Part shown: positions 40,194 to 52,600 of the stretch, piece after piece
Position numbering within the stretch: position 1 is the first letter of the stretch
Layout of the letters: every line of letters starts with the position of its first letter
DNA from: Paraspadella gotoi
Lineage: Eukaryota > Animalia > Chaetognatha
Assembly: GCA_051294375.1 (NCBI GenBank)
Contig: CM119263.1
Location: 30,505,376-30,569,375, forward strand
DNA: 64,000 nucleotides
Reading direction: 5' to 3'
Made by a program: the position numbers and the translations under genes
Notes under the pieces: generated by a model
What the model was told of the DNA's origin: nothing
Database searches by the model: none
What the model saw: only the letters and a program-made list of their open reading frames with translations

Positions 40194-41404
40194 AATATGA
40201 TACGATCATGGTAAAGTGAATTAGTCCATTTTGGTGAAATTTTTATTTAAAGTAAAAGTAAAAGAAGAGCTCACAACGATCGGAATTCTAAGAGTTTTCA
40301 ACCGGGAGTCAGATTCGGGAAAAATCTTTTATGGCAAAAATCTTCCAAAGGGGTGGATTTTCCGAAGATTTTCATTAATATTTTCTATATTTATGGTTAT
40401 ATTTTTTGAAACTTAACAATAGCAATATTGCTATCATTCTACATTGGCCGATATAAAAATATATTAAAAAAACCTCTGGCTTTTTTAGTCAGAGCTTAGT
40501 CATATGATATACTTTTTTCCTAGATAGTATAATTATTATTAAGATGCAATATTCTTTTAATGAATGAAAATTTACAAAATTATTTGTTTCAATATTTTTT
40601 ATTTTTATACTCTATAATAATAATTTTACTATTTAATCTATATTATTTAATTATATATAGTTTTTTAAATTTTTTACTTATCTTTATATCTAATATTTAT
40701 TGTTGGGAGGGGGAGGTCAGTGTTGTCTTCTGGAAATAGAAGGAGCATCTTTGCAACACAAGGTTAGAGTAAAATCTGTCCTAGTTTTTTAAGTGATATC
40801 ATACATCATTCCTGTTTGTCGAGGAACTAGTAGTCAGCCTGCCTCGCCAAGCGTATCTCCGTCCTATGACCCGTCGCGCCATTACTGGGGGAGACTGCCG
40901 TCAACTCCCCTCGTCGTCGGAAGTGGGCGCGGCCGTATCCAGCGCCCCTTTGGTGGCGCCGTCGTGAGTGACGCCGAGTCCCTTTGTCGGCGAGGGTGTC
41001 AGCCCCTTTGTCACCGCCTCCGTCAGTTGTCCACAAGTCCATTAAAGTGTCTGTGGTCGAAGTGTGGGACTCCACAAGTCTATTGCCCATGTGACAAGAC
41101 GTCATGATCTGCTACAAGTGGTGACAAAACGTGACTGAGTGACAACGTGCCTAATGTCCCCCTAAAAAGGCCATTTTGGGACAGACTAAGTCTCACTGTG
41201 ACTGGTCTCTCTGTGAAACGTGAAAAGGTAAAGAGCATAGAAAGTAGCACACAGATAGGCTTGAGTAGACAAAATGTAGAAAACGAATCATAATGAGCAA
41301 AATAAACAGATGAGCAACGGCATCTCTCAACACTGTTAGAAAGTCATTAATGAGAATTCATAGTATTTAAGAGGCTGAACAGAAAGGGGTGGGAATGGTG
41401 GTCG

Positions 41405-42015
41405 CAGTATTGCACCCATGTAGTATTGGGCCTTTAAAATTGCACCCCAAGGAGTGCACCCACGTAGCATTGAGTCCACGTACAATTGTACCCATAGTAT
41501 TCCGCCCACTTTAGATTGCGCCTACATGGGATTCCGCCCATGTAGAATTGCGCCTGTGGATAAGGCACTAAGTGGGCTGAAGATGACTATCCGTAACTTC
41601 TTTAACCCCCTCTAGCAGCTATGGAACGGGTCCTGGGCTTGGAACCAGGCTTGAGGGTTTTCCACGCCCCCAAGGCGGCTTACGGCCGTCCTCACACTTC
41701 CCGCAGAGTAGGTACCGGGTTAGGATTGAACCCGGTACCTAGTGGTCATGAGCTGATGGCTTTATTCAATGAGCCACCGGGTCACAACTGAAGGATTCAT
41801 GCTTAGAGGCGGGGTGAACTTTGCTATGCCCGACTACACGCCTACCCCAGACTGCCCATAGAATTGAGCCCATAGTAATGCGCCCAAAGGATTGTGCCAT
41901 TGTAGGATTCCGCTCACTTAGCGTTGGGCCCAAAGGATTTGAATTATCAGTGGGCGCAATACTGTGGGCGCAATTTTCTGGGGGAAATCCTACGTGGGTA
42001 CAATCCTAATGGAAC
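41405..42015. mobile_element. MITE with short subterminal tandem repeats, interrupted by a SINE
   Basis: ATTGCACCCATGTAG-type units on the left and the inverted CTACGTGGGTACAAT on the right. Confidence 0.5.
41558..41792 (-). mobile_element. tRNA-derived SINE (second copy 43977-44210)
   Basis: Minus-strand GGTGGCTCATTG A box and GGGTTCAATCC B box; two similar dispersed copies. Confidence 0.7.
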
Positions 42016-43480
42016 CGTTCTGATAAGGATATATAATATATTATATATATATATATTATATATAGGGGAAAGATTAATAGGGGCACCTTTATTAGGCAAA
42101 ATAAAAGCTCACCATAAATGTTATAAATGTTGTTGCAATATTTAGGTCTGAAAATATCACTTTTTGTTTTTGTGTATAAAAAATGACATTGTGCTTTAAA
42201 ACAATCATTTTGCGAGGTATTTAACATTTTACAAACTTGTTCCTTTAAAGCCTTTTCATAGTGCAAACAGTAATTAGATAGTGTACGATAACTGATAAAT
42301 AGAAATAATCTTATGGAATAATGAATGGTAGCGAGACACATACATATTATTATAATAATAAAACTCCACAGTCCAAAATTCCATTTGGTAATATTATTTG
42401 TAACATCTATGAAAGTATTTATCTTATATCCAAATAAAAAGATAGAAACAAAATTTATTATTGTTTGATTCAGTTTTTTTGATAATTTATGCTTTAGGGC
42501 TTTAGCACCACAAAGAAGCCGTCCTTCTGACCAAATATTTATAGACATCCAAATTATAAAATCCGCAAGACATATCAAGGTTATTATTGGAAAATAATAT
42601 GGATCCAAAAAATATAGCTATGGTGAAATATAAATATTTTCTCCATTTTGTTAATATTTTATTACATACCATGATGGAAAAAAAGTATCGCGGTTTGGAA
42701 AAGTCAGTTAATTTTATTGTCAAATATATTTTTTGGCTAATAAATAAATTTTAATAGGTAATATGACCTCCTTAAGACTGAATAAAATAATTATTTCTCA
42801 ACAGCATTAAATTATTCAATGTATTCAAATACTTCCAAAAGAGGTTGTCTCTAACCGTTTTTACTTCTTTTTGATTAAGAGAACTATTCATATTATTGTT
42901 AAAATTATATCTCGGACATAATATTTTTTTTCGATTTGGGGTAAAAATGGTCCTTAGCAAGCAGTGAAAAAGATTGATCCTCTATAAAGTAAACCAGGCT
43001 TGAGTTGTAGCTTCATAATGTGATAATTCATTATCTTTCACTTCAATTTTTGGACTTGTTTGATATTAGATTCTGATAATATATCCAAAGGTAAATAAAA
43101 ATGATAACTTTGCTTACAGAAAGGTTACCCAGAACCTTATAACTTTTATTAATACTTTACAATTTAAAAATAATATTCTGTAATATCTACAGCATCAATA
43201 TATTTTTAATATTGCTCTTTTTTAACATATGAATTAAGATTCATCCCTGAATCTATCCTAATGGAGATAATACAATAACTATTTGACATGAGACTGAGAA
43301 AAGGCAGGGATTTTTAATAGTATTGGTTAAACTCAAAAAGTAATAAAAAAAAACCAGAAATGAATTTAAATAAAAAGTATAGATATAAGAGAAATAAAAA
43401 ATGAAAGAAGCATTTTTTTGGACAACGCATTTTCTTTTACATGGAACTCCTGTATTTTTTGTCATACATAAATGAGACAC
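42006..43480 (-). CDS. Highly degenerate channel-like exon fragments (TM helices, pore-like YYFLSLTNT, CNBD-like FYLPLDIL)
   Basis: Hydrophobic ORFs 43253-43480, 42502-42723 and 42006-42608 lie on the same strand between clear channel exons. Splice structure not resolved. Confidence 0.4.
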
Positions 43481-44950
43481 AGCTTATATGAATCACAAAA
43501 GGTTAAAGTTTTTTATATTTAAATTTTATTTTTCAATTTTTACATTAAAATGCCGAAAAATAACTGGAAAGTAACCGCAACACTTTTTTTTTCCATCATG
43601 GTAGTATGTTTCATAATATAAACTAATTAATTTATTTAAGGAGTAAACTTTAAAGAATAAGAAGCGGGTATTGTACTGATTCAATCCCAACCCAGTGCTT
43701 GCCATAAGGGAAGCTTAGGGACGGCGCTAAACCGCCTAGAGATTTTTAACCACTAGCTTAAGCCCAGTTCCAAGATCAAAGGTGTAAAAAATTTATGGAT
43801 ATTCAGCTGACTCGTGGCCACTTCGCGCGTTATGAATACTAGTGTGCCCGGATCCTATTGAAGATTGCTTCACTCCCTTAACTAAATAAAATATTTTGAA
43901 TGGGCATAGCAATCCCTAAGCCCGGTTCAAAGCCTCACTAGTCTATCGTAGCAATCGGAGATAACAGCATTTTTGAGGATAAGGCGCTAAGTGGGCTGAA
44001 GATGACTATCCGCAACTTGCTTAACCCCTCTTGCAGCCATGGAACAGGTCCTGGGCTTAGAAACAGGCTTGGGGGTTTTCCAGGCCCCCAAGGCGGTTTT
44101 TAGCCATCCTTATGCTTCCTGCAGGGTAGGTACCAGGTTGGGATTGAACCCGGTACCTAGTGGTCATGAGCTGATGGCTTTACTCAATGAGCCACCTGGT
44201 CATGACTGAAACTGTCTTATAGTTATTCTCAAAAATTCTAACTACACATCTGGTCAAAAAAAAGTTTAAAAGTTATGATAAAAGCATTTTATTTAGTTAT
44301 TTAAAAGAAAATAATATTTAAGATTCAATTAATATATTGTTAGATTACCATTGGTTTTTAGTACTACTTTTATGCAACAAGGGAGAGATTCGCAGAGGCT
44401 GCGCAAATATGAAGGGTTCAGCTCTTCCTAAATATATTTTATAATTTTTTTGATTTTGTCAATTGTTGTGGCATTGTACTGCAAAATATCTTATTTTATC
44501 CTTAACCAGATTTTTTTAATGATTTTGCAGTCAGGTAAGTTTCCGGGTAAACCTTTGAGCATCTTAATCCTATTTTTATCGTCGCAAACGCAAAGCGGTG
44601 GTTTTGTACATAAATGGCGTTAGCGTCGGAATTTTATAATAAAATAATTATATTAATAATAATTATTCATTGCTGAATGACTAGCGATAATTCTTTTTTT
44701 TTTAACTATAATAATAATAATAACTAAAATATTTAGCTTAAAAACTTTGTTATAAGCTCGAATGAAAAATATTTGTTTTAGCTTTTAAATTAATAAGCTT
44801 TTTAATTAATAGGATGACAGACAAATGAGATAGTAGGGGGTTAAAAGTTTAAATTTTTTTTGACCACATCTGTAGTTCTTACTTTCCCAGTATAATTTTT
44901 GAAATATGTTGACAAATTGGTTTCATTACAAATTTTTCTCGTGAATTATA

Positions 44951-47883
44951 CCCAAGTTGTGGTTCATTCAAATAGCGATATCACCGGCGATTCATGCATG
45001 AGTCACAGGTGTTTCAAGTTGGCGACTTCGCCATGGCGATATCACCAGGGGCAAAGTTGTAGTTCATTCAAATAGCAACGTCGCCGGCGATTCACGCATG
45101 AGTCGCAGGTGTGGTTCTAGTTGGTGACTTTGCCATGGCGTTATCGCCAGGGCCCTGGCGATGTCGCCAGAACCCCCACTGGTGACCTTGCCAGTGATAA
45201 AAGTAGCAAATATAATGAAAAGCGCGATTTAGAGGAGAGGCTCGCGGCTGATGTTGAGACACGGACCTCCCGTTCAACCCTAAACCTAACTGCCTTTGAC
45301 ACGTTAACCATGGGCCCCTCCCAAAACCATAACCCTAAACCAGGCCTCCCGTTTAACTCCGTGCCTCTCCCCCAACCCTAAATCAGGCTTCCCGTTCAAC
45401 TCTGTGCCTCTCCCCCAACCCTAAACCAGGCCTCCCGTTCAACTCCGTGCCTCTCCCTCAACCCTAAATCAACTCAACCCTAACCTTAAACCACCTCAAC
45501 CCTAACCCTAATCTGAGTTTAGTTTAGGCGAAAACGCTATAACTAGAACGCTAGATGTAGTTCAGTGCCAAATCACCAAATCGCGACTTAGCCATGACGC
45601 CCTCGCCAATTGATTTAAATGTGAACTACATCTAGCGTTCTAGTTATGGCGATTTTGCCTAAACTAAACTCAGATTAGGGTTAGGGTTGAGGTGGCTTAG
45701 GGTTAGGGTTGAGTTGTTTTAGGGTTAAAGTTGAGTTGGTAGTAGTCTAGGGTTAGGGTTGAGTAGTCTAGGGTTAGGGTTGAGTAGTCTAGGGTTAGGG
45801 TTGAGTTAAGTTCATTTTAGGGTTAATGTTAATGTCAATTTTAGGGTTAGAGGTAGGGAGGGTATTGTTAATGAACAGAAGGCCCGCGTTAGGGTTAGGG
45901 AAGGTACTGGCGAGGGACATTAGGATTTGGGTTGAGGCACAGAGATATACGGAGGCCTGCGGCCTGGTTTAGGGTTAGGGTTGGGAGAGAGGCCCGTGGG
46001 TGATGTGTTGAAGGCGGTTAGGGTTGAGGCATGGAGATGTACAGGAGGCCCGGGCCTGGGTTAGGGTTAGGGGAGAGGTACGGATTTGAATGGGAGGCCC
46101 GGTTTAGGGTTGGAGGAGGGGCCTGTGATTGACACATCAATGGCGGTTAGGGTTGAGGCACAGAGATGTACGGTAGAGCGTTGAAAAATAACAAAATATA
46201 ACAAATCAAGTGAGGTACATAGATATTTTAGTGTAATGTAGTCTGTAGAATTCGATGGTTATGACCATTTTTTTGTATAATTTTATCTTTCTTGTCGGAA
46301 ATGACGGTTTTTAATGTATATAAAATTGTTACAAAATAGCAAAACCATTATAAGTTATGATAAATCAAATTATTAAAATTTTATAAAAATTTATATGAGC
46401 TTTTGAAATATAAAAATAAAGACTTATAAAAATATTTTGGTAAGTTTATTTCTAAATTTTATGTTTTATAAAAAGTTAGTTAACTATATTTATTAATAAT
46501 TATGAGTAAAAATTAGGTTAAAGTTAAAAAATAATAATTTCAAAATTTTTTTTATGGATTTGCATTCTTTGCAAAAAGTTGATATAAGAAAATATAATTT
46601 TTATATCAAAATTATGTCATTAAGTTGGTCAAAATTCAGAAAAACTATAATTTTAAGCCAAAAATTGATAGAAAGCGTTTTTAGATTGATTGGATTGATT
46701 GATTGGATTGGGGGAGGAGCCCATGGGTGATGCATTCATGTCCGTCTCATACTAATAAAATCGTTGTCTGATCAATCTAAAAACGCTTTCTATCATCGAT
46801 TTTATTAATATGAGACGGACATGTCCGTCTCATACTAATAAAATCGTTGTTTGATCAATCTAAAAACGCGTTCTATCATCCAAACACAACGAAACGAAAG
46901 GAAATAACGAAGCCAAAAATTGAAAAATTAAACAAAAATAATAGTTTTTAATATTTTTAACCTACTTAATGAAAGAATTTTTTAAAATGGATTATACTTT
47001 CTTATATCAACTTTTTGTAAGGAATTCAAATCCGGTTTTAAAATTTAAAATTTAAAATTTTTTCACTTTAGCTTATTTTTTATTATTATTTATTAATAAA
47101 TATAGCTATAAAATATAATATATATAAAATATATAATAAATATATAATATATAATAAATATATAATAATATATATAATAAATATATAATATATAATAATA
47201 TATAATAAAATAAAATATAAAATTTGTAAATAAACTTACATAATATGAAAATAAAAACCCATATAAATATTTTGGTAAGTTAAATATGGCTTTTATAAAA
47301 TCTTAATAATTTGAGTTTCTTATACTCTCCAATGTTTGCTCCATTTTAATAGCACCTTATATGCTACAAAAATCGCCATTTCCGACAAAGAAGATGAGAC
47401 TATACAAAAAAATGGTTATCATCATCGAATTCTACAGACTTTATTACACTAAAAGAGCTGTGTACCTCGCCTGGGTTAGGGATAGGGGAGAGGCACGGAG
47501 ATGAAAGGGAGGCCCGGTTTAGGGTTAGTGTTGGAGGAGGTGCCCGTGGTTAACATGTCGAAGGCGGTTAGGGTTAGGGTTTATTGGGAGTTAAACGGGA
47601 GGCCTGGGTTAGGGTTGGGGGAGAGGCACGGAGTTGAACGAGAGGCCTGGTTTAGGGTTGTGGGAGGGGCCCGTAGTTGACGTGTTGAAGGCAGTTAAGG
47701 TTAGGGTTGAACGGGAGGTGCGGGTTAGGGTTAGGATTAGGGGAGGAGCCCATGGGTGATGCATTCATCCCCGTGTCTCAAAATCAGCCGCAAGCCTCTC
47801 CTCTAACTTGCGTTTTTTATTATATTTGCTACTTTTATCACTGGCGAGGTCGCCATGGCAAAATCTCCAACCAACTAGAACCA
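44951..47883. mobile_element. Diverged non-coding palindromic copy of the TTAGGG-arm element
   Basis: Starts CCCAAGTTGTGGTTCATTCAAATAGCGA, has the same central spacer CGCGACTTAGCCATGACGCCC at 45582, and ends CAACCAACTAGAACCA. The right arm is interrupted at about 46175-47470. Confidence 0.8.
46207..47474. mobile_element. AT-rich long-TIR MITE nested in the arm element
   Basis: GAGGTACATAG..GTCTGTAGAATTCGATG on the left and CATCGAATTCTACAGAC..GTGTACCTC on the right. Confidence 0.6.
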
Positions 47884-48379
47884 TAAAACTTTACAAATTT
47901 AAAAATTTATATATAAAACTAAATTTCACTATTATTATAAATTTGATTAAAAAATATTTTGGGTTAATTTTTATTTTTGTTCACCGGGGTTAAGAGTAGG
48001 GGTAGCCGCACTCAATGGGGTGAGTCGAAAATTTAGAGTGAGTACATGCTCAAACGAATATTTAGAGATTTTTAAGAATACTTTCAATGGACAAAAATTT
48101 TCTAATATGGCTCTATACCCTAGTAATTAATTTTTTAATATTTATTTATAGATAGAAAATTCCAAAAATTTTTAAAATTTTTTTTACATTTTAAAACCAG
48201 ATTCAGATAGATCATAAAAAGTTGTCTGCACAAAGTTTGATTCTTTTTAAAATATTTTTACGATAAGTGTGTCAAAAATAAGAAAAACCGTAAAAATCAT
48301 CATCATCATCTTTCGATGATTTTATCAGTTTTTTTGATGTGATAACCCTTTCGTTTTCGTTGTTTTAGGATTTAGAGAA

Positions 48380-48499
48380 AAAACAAAGTTTTTAATTGTG
48401 GTACAACGAATTTAATTGGAGATACGGACATGTTTCGGCTCACATTTCGAGCCTTCATCAGCATTTGCCATAAGGAAAATATTTGTGCAAAAAAGGGTG

Positions 48500-48532
<33 letters not shown>

Positions 48533-49095
48533 GTAAAGGTTTTCCAACAAAGTGGTGAGACAGAATAGTGGTCAGATGAGAGAACAGGCTGAAGTTGAGG
48601 ACAGATGAAGAAGAAGATGAGAGAGAGAGAGAGGACGAAGCGCAGGATAAATAAATAAGTATAAAGATACATTTTGTAATGTACAACAAAAGTAAAATTT
48701 GAAAAAACTAAATGTCAGTAAGAGTTTAACAATTATCTAATTTAAATAGTTAGCTAAAGGATAGTAACATGATTGTGAAATTTGAAATGTGAAAAGGATA
48801 GTTGATAGTTAGGAGGATAGGAAAGTGAAATATAAGGAGAAAGAAAGAGCTCAAAATGAGCTGGCCCCCCTTGTTTTATATGCAAATGAAGGACAGAGAC
48901 GATGGTGCCAGGTCATTAGCGCGTCATAGGCTGAGAGGTTGAACCAGTGAATGTTGCACTGGGTATCGAACCTGACGGAAAGATTCCCAAGCCACTCTTG
49001 TCTCTTTGGCCTGTTGTGCCTGCTGGCTGCCCTCTTCTCGCCTGCTGGCGAGGCGGGCGTTGTCCGTTCTTGCGCTTTAGTGACAGGAGTGGTAC
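48380..49095 (-). mobile_element. Penelope-like non-autonomous fragment
   Basis: Homologous to 21537-22037 and 59690-60470; carries the best hammerhead core. Confidence 0.6.
48423..48466 (-). ncRNA. Minimal type I hammerhead ribozyme
   Basis: CTGATGA-A-GGCTC-GAAATGT-GAGCC-GAAAC-AT-GTC: intact core, 5-bp stem II, palindromic ACATGT stem III and GUC cleavage triplet. Confidence 0.75.
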
Positions 49096-49647
49096 CACAA
49101 TTAAAAAACTTTGTTTTTTCTCTAAATCAGTTTTTGTTATAATTTTTTCACTTAGAAAACGTAAGAATTTTTAAAAGCTGTAATTATATTTCTTATTTAA
49201 CTTTTTATGCTATATCAGAATCTATCAAAAAATTTTAAGATTTAAAAAAATTATTTTTTGCTCTATATAGTAATATAATATTTTTAATTAGGTTAGTACC
49301 CTCAGAAGAAAGCATTTTAGACAAAAAATATTTTAATACCATAATCTATGGTCATGATAGATTATTTTAACGCTGTATACATTAGCATTTAAATTTAGTT
49401 ATTAAGAGTTATGGTTAAGGGTGGTTTAGGGATGGTTTAAGATTAGGGGTGGTTAGGGTTAAAAGCGTTTAGGGTTATGGTAATTAAATAATAATTTTTA
49501 TAAATTTAAAAAAAAAATAATTCTAAATGTTTTTTTAAAAGACGCCAAAACCCCGGTTGGCGAAAGTAAAATTTAGCCAATACCTTATGAGAACACAATT
49601 TTTCATTAAACCCATCCACGAAGTTGTCAGGCCAAAAAACTTCTAAC

Positions 49648-52600
49648 CATGTATTCGAGTATAGCTCTGTAAATATAGCAAACCAAAAAAATAGGCTTAA
49701 AGTGGCTATTATCCATGACCATACGATAAAATATTTTGATGTATTAGTCCAAACATGTTTTTCTGATTATGTTTGTAAATTAACAGGTGAAATAAATAAA
49801 ATAATTTTAGGTAAATACGAAAAATGAAAAACCATTTTGCAATTTTTAGTCGGATCTGCTTATCAGCAGATCCCGACTCTATAATTCACTTTGTCGGTCC
49901 GTCGGTCCGCCCCCTCAATATTGTCGGGCACTAACTTATATCATGTCAGAACATCGAATTATGATAAATTATGCAAAAAAAATGATGTCCGTCCATCCCA
50001 CCTTAGCAAAAAACACCAGTTACTCGTGATTGGATGGATGGATTTGAATAAAATTTTGTGTGTGATTGAGCTGGATATGAAGTTTTGATGGAATCGAATA
50101 TATCATCACTAAATATATTCACTATTTGAACACCAATTGCTCATGAGTGGATGGGCTGATTGACCTGGAATTTTGTATGTGGGTAGGAAAGTGTGTGATT
50201 GAACAGGAAATCAAGTTTTGATGGAATAGTTTGAGTGGAAAAGAGTTTAAATGGAAAAAAACAAAAAACCTGTTTCACTAATTGATTATGCATCTTTTTC
50301 CTTTTATATTAAATGTATATGCAGGATGTATTAATAAATCATATAATGAATCAGTTAATTAATCAATTAGTAAATAAATTAATCAATAATTAATTAATTA
50401 GTCAATCAATCCGTCCATCCGTTCCACCTTAGCAAAAAGCTCCAATAACTCGTGATTGGCTGGTTAGATTGGAATTAAATTTTGTGTGTGGGTAGGAAAG
50501 TGTGTGATAAAGCTGGATATAAAGTTTCGATGGAATCGTGTTAGTGGAAATTAGTTTAAATGGAAAAAACATAAGTCGCATTTACTAAAATCTTTTTACT
50601 TATTTTAACCAATAAATACTCTAATTAATCATAATTGGATGGATAGATTGAGTTGAAATTTTGTGTGTGGGTAGGAAAATATGTGACGAAGCTTGATATA
50701 AAGTTTTGGTGGAAACGTACCAGTGGAAATGAGTTTAAATGAAAAAAATATGAGTCACATTTACTTGAATCTTTTTATTTATTTTAACCCATGATAGATT
50801 GAGATGAAATTTTGTGAGCCGGTAGAAAAGTTTGTGAAGAAGCTAGATAAAAAATTTTGACGGAATGCAAGTTGAAAAAATTATGCAAGTTGAAAAAATG
50901 ACGCAATTGCATAAAAAGAGAGAGAGAGAGTGAGAGTGAGAGAGAGAGAGAGAGAGAGAGACATAAAATAAAATAGAGGATATTTGTTTGTTTTGATAAA
51001 ATGTAAACAAAACTGTAAACTGTCCTGACTCAATTTTAAGGACATCGATGATGACAAGCTGAATATAAATTATAATTAATTATTAAAATTAATTAATTAA
51101 TTAATCGATTAATTAATTATCGTAGGCAGATCCGACATTGTTTGCTCAAACTTGTTTTTATAATGAGGCTTTAAGGGGAACTAGTGAACAGGGGGGGTAA
51201 AAAGCTGAAAACATAACGTTTGACCCTTTAACTTAATCTTAAGATTTATCGTAAGAAAACCTTTATCTCAAAGATATATACAGTGAAAAATACTGTTCTT
51301 CAGAAAATTGTTCCGTTTTTTACAACATAAGAACAATTTTTAATTGTTTAAATTTTAATTAATTAATTTTACTTAATTAACTGTTTTTTTCTCTCTATTT
51401 TATAATGTTTTTTTTTTTTGCTTAGACTTAGTCTATCTTTCTTTGTTTGTTTGTTTGTTGATGATGATTGTACTGAATCAACCTCGTTGTATTCGAATAA
51501 AATCGCATATATAAAGTGGATTCTCACTCATTGCTCGGTTTTGTGAAAATAACTGAATGATGATGATAAAATAACTAAATAATTTACAAACATAACCCTC
51601 AATTTGGTTGATTATACAATACTCTTTGGGAAATCGCATTTGGTTAGCTTTATAATAAACTCGAATAGCTTCAATCAAACCATCAGGCTTATTCGGTTTC
51701 AAGTCTTTTTGAAATTTGCAGCGGGAAGTCTCCAAGATAGCATTGTGATTTGACGTAATCGTTCTCTTCAAAGTTTTCGGCGCTATATCCAAGATCCTAA
51801 AATAACTTGCTCTTTGGAGGAGCAAAATGTGACAATCGGATTTGGCGAGAAACAAAAGGGGCGTGGTCATCTTTCTACAGAGATTGATCTCTCCAAAACA
51901 TTCGCCCTTCTTTAATAAAGCCACGGCCTCCTCGCCTTTGGGCCAGAGAGCGACGACCATGACAGTTCCCTTTCTAATGATCATTAGTCCCGGGGCGACG
52001 GTTCCCGGTTGGACGATGGTCTCCCCCTCCAGATAAAATCGGTTCTCGAGAAAATGAGCCAGACCGTGGAGGATGTCTTCGTCTACGTTGTCGAAGATTC
52101 GCGTGGATTGAAGCAAAGAGACGCAGGAATAGTAACGCATGGTATCTTGATGGCGAAACGGCATTTGCGAAAATAACTCGTTGTTTAGTACCGAATTATT
52201 ATTTTGATACTGATAATAGATAAAAATCTTGAGAGAGTGAGTTCTAGGACAAAATAGTTCGAAAATGTCTCAGGTATTTACGAAATAATATGTTCATTTA
52301 ACTCGTTTTAAGAAATAAATTGCATCGCAGGATAATCAACCTCACCCAAAACAGAAACGGATCGGAGGATCGGAAAATCCCCGCCGATATGGAATCGCCG
52401 TATCATTATTGGTCAAGACGGAATCGACCTTGACCAATCAGCATGCAGAACCAATGGAACTGTCAAAATAACTCTTGCCTTTTTTCATTTTTAACACTGA
52501 AGACATTTAAATTTTTAATAATATATTTTATATTTTTGATCTAACTTTTTATGAAGAATCAGAATTTTTAATAAAAATTAAAAAAATATATTTTAAAAAT

